A stretch of 64,000 nt of DNA. Source: an uncultured Chloroflexia bacterium. Its GTDB lineage: Bacteria > Chloroflexota > Limnocylindria > Limnocylindrales > CSP1-4. A program made the position numbers and the translations under genes. Below, piece by piece: positions 54,615 to 64,000 of this stretch (positions within the stretch are counted from its first letter, which is position 1; each line of letters begins with the position of its first letter). The stretch covers positions 32,001-96,000 of the forward strand of contig CAVRGP010000002.1 in NCBI GenBank assembly GCA_963720755.1. Reading direction: 5' to 3'. The notes under the pieces are model-generated. The model did not search any database, had not been told where the DNA came from, and saw only the letters and a program-made list of their open reading frames with translations.

Positions 54615-56512
54615 CAGTTGCTCTGGTAGAAGTTGCCGCGCTTGAGAAGGTCCGGCAAGCGGTAGTCCTTCTTGATCCCGTAGTGGAGCTGAAGGAAGTA
54701 CTTGACGATCTCGGTCCCGACGTTCCCGGTCGTTCGTGAGTCGTACGCGAATGCCAGGACCACAAGGTCCGAACTCGTCGCATTGAACGACCCGTGCTTC
54801 GCATCCTTCGGCACGAACCCGACGAACCACGAGCTGTATGGCAACCGGCCCTTGCTGTCCCGGATCCCGAATTCGGCGGTCCCGGACTTGCCGGCGACCC
54901 TGATCGGCAGGTCGACGAGGTTGTACGTGTGACGGAGCGTGACCACGGACCTGGCGGCATTGCGCATCACCTTGAGCACGCTGCCCGGCACCTTCATCTT
55001 GTGGAGGACCTTCGGCTGGAACGGTCGGACGACCGTCCCGTCCGGCCCCACGATGTCGTGGACGATCTGCGGCTGGTACAGCGTCCCTCCGTTGGCCAGC
55101 GCCGCGTAGGCATTGATCAATTGGATCGGGGTCACGACGTCATACCCCTGGCCGATCCCGGCCTGATAGGTCTCGCCCGGAAAGATCGGAGCGCCGAGGA
55201 CATCCTGCTTCCATGTGTTGGTCGGGACGATCCCGGAAACCTCACCGGGAAGGTCGATCCCGGTCGGCGAACCGAACCCGTATTGCCTCGCCCAGTAGCC
55301 GAGCCGGTCGATGCCCAGCTTGCCGGCCATCTGGAAGAAGAACGTGTCGCTCGAGTGGCCGAAACCGCAATAGATGTCGCAGGCGCCGAAACCCGTGTGG
55401 TTCCAGTCATAGAACTTGGTCGAGCCCAGGGTCAGGTATCCCCGTGTCTGGACCTTGGTGGTCGAGGTGATCTTCTTGTCCGCGAGCGCGCCGGTCCCGG
55501 CGACGAGCTTGTACGTCGATCCGGGAGGATAGTGCGCCTGGACGGCGTGGTTCAGGAGCGGCTTGTTCGGATTGCGCAGGAGCTTCTGGAACTCGACGTT
55601 GCTGATCCCGCGGGCGAACTGGTTGTTGTCGTAGGTCGGCAGGCTGACGAGGGCCAGGATCTCGCCGGTCTGCGGGTTCATCGCGATGACGACCCCACGT
55701 TTGATCCCGACCTTGTTCATCGCCCACACCAGCGCCTTTTGGGCGTACTGCTGTTCCTTCGTGTCGATCGTGAGGGTGAGTGAATCGCCCGGCTGCGGTT
55801 CGGCGATCGTCTGGAGGACCTGCGTCTTCCGGCCAGTGGCGTCTCGCTCGACGTTCTCGCTGCCGTAGACCCCGCGCAACTGGGTCTCATATTCCGACTC
55901 GAGCCCGGCCTTGCCGATCAGGTCGTCCGGCAGGTAGCCCTCGTCCTTGAGGACCTTGAGCTGGTCGCCGTTGACCGGACCCGTATATCCGAGGATCTGC
56001 GACAGCAACGGCCCATCCGTGTACTGCCGACGCGCCTCGACCGAGACGACCACCCCCGGCAGATCGGTGCCGGCCTCCGAGATGAGCCGGGCCGTTGCTT
56101 CGTCGACATCGGCCGCGATACGGACCAGGTCGAAAGTCGATCCCGGATTGCCGTCGATCGTGGCGTTGATGTCCGCGGGGTCCTTGCCCAGCAGCGCCGC
56201 CAGGCGCGCGACGACCGTGGGCCGTTGGTCCAGCGGAAGGTCAGCGGGACGAAGCTTGACCACGAACGTGGCCACGTTCGTGACCAGGACGCGGCCGGTC
56301 CGATCGTAGATGAGGCCGCGGGGTGCCGGGATCGCCTCCAGGACCGTCCGATTCTGGACCGACAACGTGGCCAGTCGGGTGCCGTCCACGATCTGCAGGT
56401 AGAACAACCGTCCGATGAGGCCGGTCACGGCCAGGATGACGACCAGGCCGAACGTCGCGAATCGCGAGATCGAGCGGATCGGCCGGGGCCGTTCGCTGGG
56501 GAACGCGCTCAC
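54614..56512 (-). CDS. mrdA: Penicillin-binding protein 2
   Basis: 'APRGLIYDR', SxxK 'GSTYK', 'SSD', 'GKSGTAE'. Confidence 0.95.
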   Translation of the reverse strand: MSAFPSERPRPIRSISRFATFGLVVILAVTGLIGRLFYLQIVDGTRLATLSVQNRTVLEAIPAPRGLIYDRTGRVLVTNVATFVVKLRPADLPLDQRPTVVARLAALLGKDPADINATIDGNPGSTFDLVRIAADVDEATARLISEAGTDLPGVVVSVEARRQYTDGPLLSQILGYTGPVNGDQLKVLKDEGYLPDDLIGKAGLESEYETQLRGVYGSENVERDATGRKTQVLQTIAEPQPGDSLTLTIDTKEQQYAQKALVWAMNKVGIKRGVVIAMNPQTGEILALVSLPTYDNNQFARGISNVEFQKLLRNPNKPLLNHAVQAHYPPGSTYKLVAGTGALADKKITSTTKVQTRGYLTLGSTKFYDWNHTGFGACDIYCGFGHSSDTFFFQMAGKLGIDRLGYWARQYGFGSPTGIDLPGEVSGIVPTNTWKQDVLGAPIFPGETYQAGIGQGYDVVTPIQLINAYAALANGGTLYQPQIVHDIVGPDGTVVRPFQPKVLHKMKVPGSVLKVMRNAARSVVTLRHTYNLVDLPIRVAGKSGTAEFGIRDSKGRLPYSSWFVGFVPKDAKHGSFNATSSDLVVLAFAYDSRTTGNVGTEIVKYFLQLHYGIKKDYRLPDLLKRGNFYQSN

Positions 56513-57009
56513 CAGTCCACCCGGTCCGACTCGACACGACGATCATGGATCGAGATGATCAGGGGCCCGAACAGAGCTGCGAGGACGACGTCATACACCG
56601 CGCCCGGCAGGAGCAGGGCGATCGGATCGGCCACCGGGATCGGCGTTCGGAGCGCGTTGAAGGCGATGAACAGGATCATGGAGTAGGCAAGGCTCACAAG
56701 GGCGGTGGCGAGGATCGGGACGATCGGGCGGAGACGCGAGAGCAGATGTCCGAGAGCTGCCGTGGCGCCGACACACAGCAGGAGCGCGAAGGCGGTCGAA
56801 CCGAGCGGCCGTTGGACGAGAACATCAAGGACGAGGCCCCCCACGAAGGCCCAGACGAGCCCGGCTTCCAGACCGATCGCCACCGTTACGATGATCCCGA
56901 ACACGAGCACGAGGTGTGGTTCGCCGGTGCCGACGCGCAGATACTGGCCCACGGTCAGTTCCAGCAAGGCCGTAACCGTCGCACCGACCGCGGCGAGCAG
57001 CAGGGTCAT
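56509..57009 (-). CDS. mreD: Rod shape-determining protein MreD
   Basis: Hydrophobic protein with 'PHLVL' and 'AFVGGLVLD...PLG'; upstream of mrdA. Confidence 0.88.
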   Translation of the reverse strand: MTLLLAAVGATVTALLELTVGQYLRVGTGEPHLVLVFGIIVTVAIGLEAGLVWAFVGGLVLDVLVQRPLGSTAFALLLCVGATAALGHLLSRLRPIVPILATALVSLAYSMILFIAFNALRTPIPVADPIALLLPGAVYDVVLAALFGPLIISIHDRRVESDRVDW

Positions 57010-57179
57010 CGGGCGAATCGATCCTCGGCGGTTTGGCCGAAGGTCGCACCCGCCCGCACGGTCCCTCGAGTGACGGTCGAACGGCGGCGACCTCCGGCCC
57101 AGTATCCCACGGACCCGCGATCCGGGCAACGGAGGCCCGTGGAACCCGGTGGCCCTGGAACGCCGACCTCGATCGCCAC

Positions 57180-57195
57180 CGTTTCACGTGAAACG
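57180..57195. promoter_or_regulatory. parS: parS site 1
   Basis: CGTTTCACGTGAAACG perfect palindrome matching the TGTTTCACGTGAAACA core. Confidence 0.92.
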
Positions 57196-57214
57196 GTTCC
57201 CCAACGATCGCGGA

Positions 57215-57230
57215 TGTTGCACGTGAAACA
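57215..57230. promoter_or_regulatory. parS: parS site 2
   Basis: TGTTGCACGTGAAACA (15/16 match to consensus). Confidence 0.9.
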
Positions 57231-57422
57231 TCGGCGACGCCACGTGCTGGGCCGCCCATAGCTACGGCCGGGTCGACTCGTGGATGACCCTCGATCGATC
57301 GGTCGATATGCGCCAGCCAAGGTCGAGCCGCCACCATCGGCGGCAGGGCGCGTGGGATGGGGGTCAACCGGTCAGCGATGGTAGAATCCAGCATCGTGAG
57401 AACGATCCGAGCAGGACACTGA

Positions 57423-61597
<4,175 letters not shown>

Positions 61598-61601
<4 letters not shown>

Positions 61602-62569
61602 TGGCGATGTCGGCGAAGGAGGACGTCACGACCGACGCCGTCGCATTCGTCGCCGCCCGGCGTGCCCCGGCCGAGGCGCTGGGCCGATCCCTCGGGGAGC
61701 TCGTCAACGACCCGGAGGCGTTCGCCCGCACGTTCACCAGCGGCCTGTCGACGCTCGCCGACCCGGGCTACCTCGCCGGCCAACGACGGGTCGCTCCCGG
61801 GATCGGACCCATCCACGGTGTCCGCCAGCCGATCCTGGCCACCGTTGCGCGAGCCTTCCGGAGCGCGACTCGAGACCAGCACGCGACGTCGCTCCTGTTC
61901 ATCGCCGACCGCCTGTTCAAGGAGGTCGAGCTCGAGGCACGCTGGTTCGCGTTCGGCCTGCTCGACCGGACGCTCGCGAGCGAGACGGAGCGAACCTGGC
62001 AGTTGCTGCGCCGCGCCGCCCGGGAGACCAGGGACTGGATCACCGTCGATTCGCTGGCCCATCCCTACGGTCGGGGGATCCTCGCCGAGCCGTATCGCTG
62101 GGCCGAGCTCGAACTGCTCGTCTACAGCCCGTCGCGATGGGAGCGCCGCCTGGTCGGATCGAGCATCGCCACGATGTCCCATCCCAGTGGGCGACCGGAC
62201 CGCGATCCGGTCGTCGCTCAGCACGGTCTGCCGCTCCTCGCGAACCTGATGGGTGACGCCGAACCGGATGTCCAGAAGGCCATCTCGTGGGCGTATCGCT
62301 CGCTGATCCCGGTCGACCGGGCGATGACGGAGGCAGCTCTGCTCGAGCAAACGGACCTCGCCGCCCGGACGGACGACGGTCATCGGGCCTGGGTCGTCCG
62401 AGACACCCTGACGAAACTCGACCCGGCACTGGCCGACCGGATCCGGGCGACCCTGGCCGGTGTCCGGAAGCGCCCCGGCGCGCCTGCCACATCGGATGCC
62501 GCGGCGATCACGGCGCGGTTCGGGACCCTGCCGGATCCCACCACCCACCCGGAGCCCCCGCTCACATGA
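61598..62569 (+). CDS. DNA alkylation repair (AlkD-like HEAT-repeat) protein
   Basis: 'HGVR.P', 'DWITVD', 'WERR', 'DVQKAISWAYR'. Confidence 0.8.
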
Positions 62570-62615
62570 CCGACGACCGACTCGACCCCGCTGAACGGAC
62601 AGGAGCGACTCGAAC

Positions 62616-64000
62616 GTGACCGACGACCTGGGCCAATTCCGATCGATCCGCATCGAGGACGAGATGCGGGTCAGCTACCTCGATTACGCGATGAGCGTGA
62701 TCGTGTCGCGAGCCCTGCCCGATGTCCGCGACGGCTTCAAGCCGGTCCACCGCCGGATCCTCTACGCGATGGGCGAGATGGGCCTGTCCTCGACAAGCTC
62801 GTACCGGAAGTGCGCGGCCATCGTCGGCGAGGTGATGGGCAAGTACCACCCCCACGGCGACAGCGCGCTGTACGACGCGCTCGTGCGGCTGGCGCAGGAC
62901 TTCTCGATGCGCTACCCGCTCGTCGACGGGCAGGGCAACTTCGGGTCGGTCGACGGCGACACGGCGGCCGCCATGCGCTACACCGAGGCGCGGTTGACGG
63001 CCATCGCCGGCGAGATGCTGGCCGATATCGACAAGGACACGGTCGACTTCGTCGACAACTACGACGGCACCCAGAAGCAGCCGTCGGTGCTCCCGGCCCG
63101 GCTCCCGAACCTGCTCGTCAACGGCAGTTCCGGGATCGCCGTCGGGATGGCCACCAACATCCCGCCCCACCATCTGGGCGAGATCGTCGACGCCACCATC
63201 GCCATGATCGACGACCCCGATCTGACCTCCGACGATCTGTGCAAGTTCGTGCTCGGCCCGGACTTCCCGACCGGGGGGACGATCTATCGCTATGAACGCC
63301 AGCGCAATCTGCTGACGGGTGAATGGGAGGTCGTCGACGCGATCCGCCAGATGTACGCGCACGGCCGGGGCCGCGTCGTCATGCGCGCGCAGGTGGCGTT
63401 CGAGGAGGTCCGGGGCGACCGGACCGCGATCGTCGTCACGGAATTGCCGTATCAGGTGAACAAGGCCAGTCTGCTCGAGAAGATCGCCGATCTGGTCAAG
63501 GACAAGCGGATCGAGGGGATCGGCGACCTGCGCGACGAGTCCGATCGGGACGGGATGCGCATCTACATCGAGCTCAAACGAGATGCCAATCCGCACAAGG
63601 TCCTCAACAATCTGTTCAAGCACACCCCACTGCAACTCGCGTTCAACATGAACATGCTCGCCCTGGTCGATGGGCAACCGCAGACGCTCCCGCTTCGAAG
63701 CGTCCTGACCCACTATCTCGAGCATCGACGCGAGATCATCCGGCGCCGGACCGAGTTCGACCTCGGCAAGGCGCGCGCGAGGGCCCATATCCTCGAAGGG
63801 CTCAAAGTCGCGCTGGACAACCTCGACGCGGTGATCAAGACCATCCGCGAATTGGCCGAGGTGGACGACGCCCGATCCAACCTGATGAGCCGGTTCGATC
63901 TATCCGAGCTCCAGGCACAGGCCATCCTCGACATGCGCCTCGCCCGTCTGGCCGCGCTCGAGCGCAAGAAGATCGAGGACGAGTACCTGGCCATCATCCA
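62616..64000 (+). CDS. gyrA: DNA gyrase subunit A, truncated by window end
   Basis: GTG start after AGGAG; '[21 protein letters not shown]', 'YHPHGD', 'AAMRYTE'. Confidence 0.96.
   Translation, partial: MTDDLGQFRSIRIEDEMRVSYLDYAMSVIVSRALPDVRDGFKPVHRRILYAMGEMGLSSTSSYRKCAAIVGEVMGKYHPHGDSALYDALVRLAQDFSMRYPLVDGQGNFGSVDGDTAAAMRYTEARLTAIAGEMLADIDKDTVDFVDNYDGTQKQPSVLPARLPNLLVNGSSGIAVGMATNIPPHHLGEIVDATIAMIDDPDLTSDDLCKFVLGPDFPTGGTIYRYERQRNLLTGEWEVVDAIRQMYAHGRGRVVMRAQVAFEEVRGDRTAIVVTELPYQVNKASLLEKIADLVKDKRIEGIGDLRDESDRDGMRIYIELKRDANPHKVLNNLFKHTPLQLAFNMNMLALVDGQPQTLPLRSVLTHYLEHRREIIRRRTEFDLGKARARAHILEGLKVALDNLDAVIKTIRELAEVDDARSNLMSRFDLSELQAQAILDMRLARLAALERKKIEDEYLAII

Noticed and set aside
57010-57422. 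Possible oriC
   Set aside because: No DnaA boxes (TTATCCACA) or AT-rich unwinding element seen, and no dnaA nearby.

Overview
High-GC bacterial chromosome segment. Gene content and order (secretin-less Tad pilus, short GyrB, Firmicute-like prfA-prmC-tsaC-glyA-atp-murA-mreB synteny) suggest a monoderm organism, plausibly Chloroflexota (inference). It is probably origin-proximal, given two parS sites, parAB and gyrB/gyrA. The region from about 24 kb onward is mostly housekeeping: PHP/flippase, mreB, murA, the F1Fo atp operon, three surface proteins, a wecA-like gene, glyA, tsaC, prmC, prfA, rpmE/rpmA/rplU, ion transporters, mreD-mrdA-rodA, parS-parA-parB and gyrB-paaI-alkD-gyrA. The first 23 kb hold the most interesting material: several GT-C-type membrane glycosyltransferases and a sulfotransferase, a DegS/DegU-like three-protein signalling module (sensorless kinase, NarL regulator and an ATPase-dead kinase-like protein), four Flp pilins, cpaB/cpaE/cpaF/tadB/tadC, DUF192, comF and hpf. 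A 15-bp TAGGnCnTTnGTAc-like motif sits 37-41 bp upstream of the -10 box in up to seven promoters of this locus. This suggests a single regulon linking surface-glycan modification, signalling and Tad piliation. Several genes, including atpD, rodA, tadB and gyrB, carry +1 homopolymer frameshifts that look like sequencing errors. No rRNA, tRNA, CRISPR or transposase was recognised.
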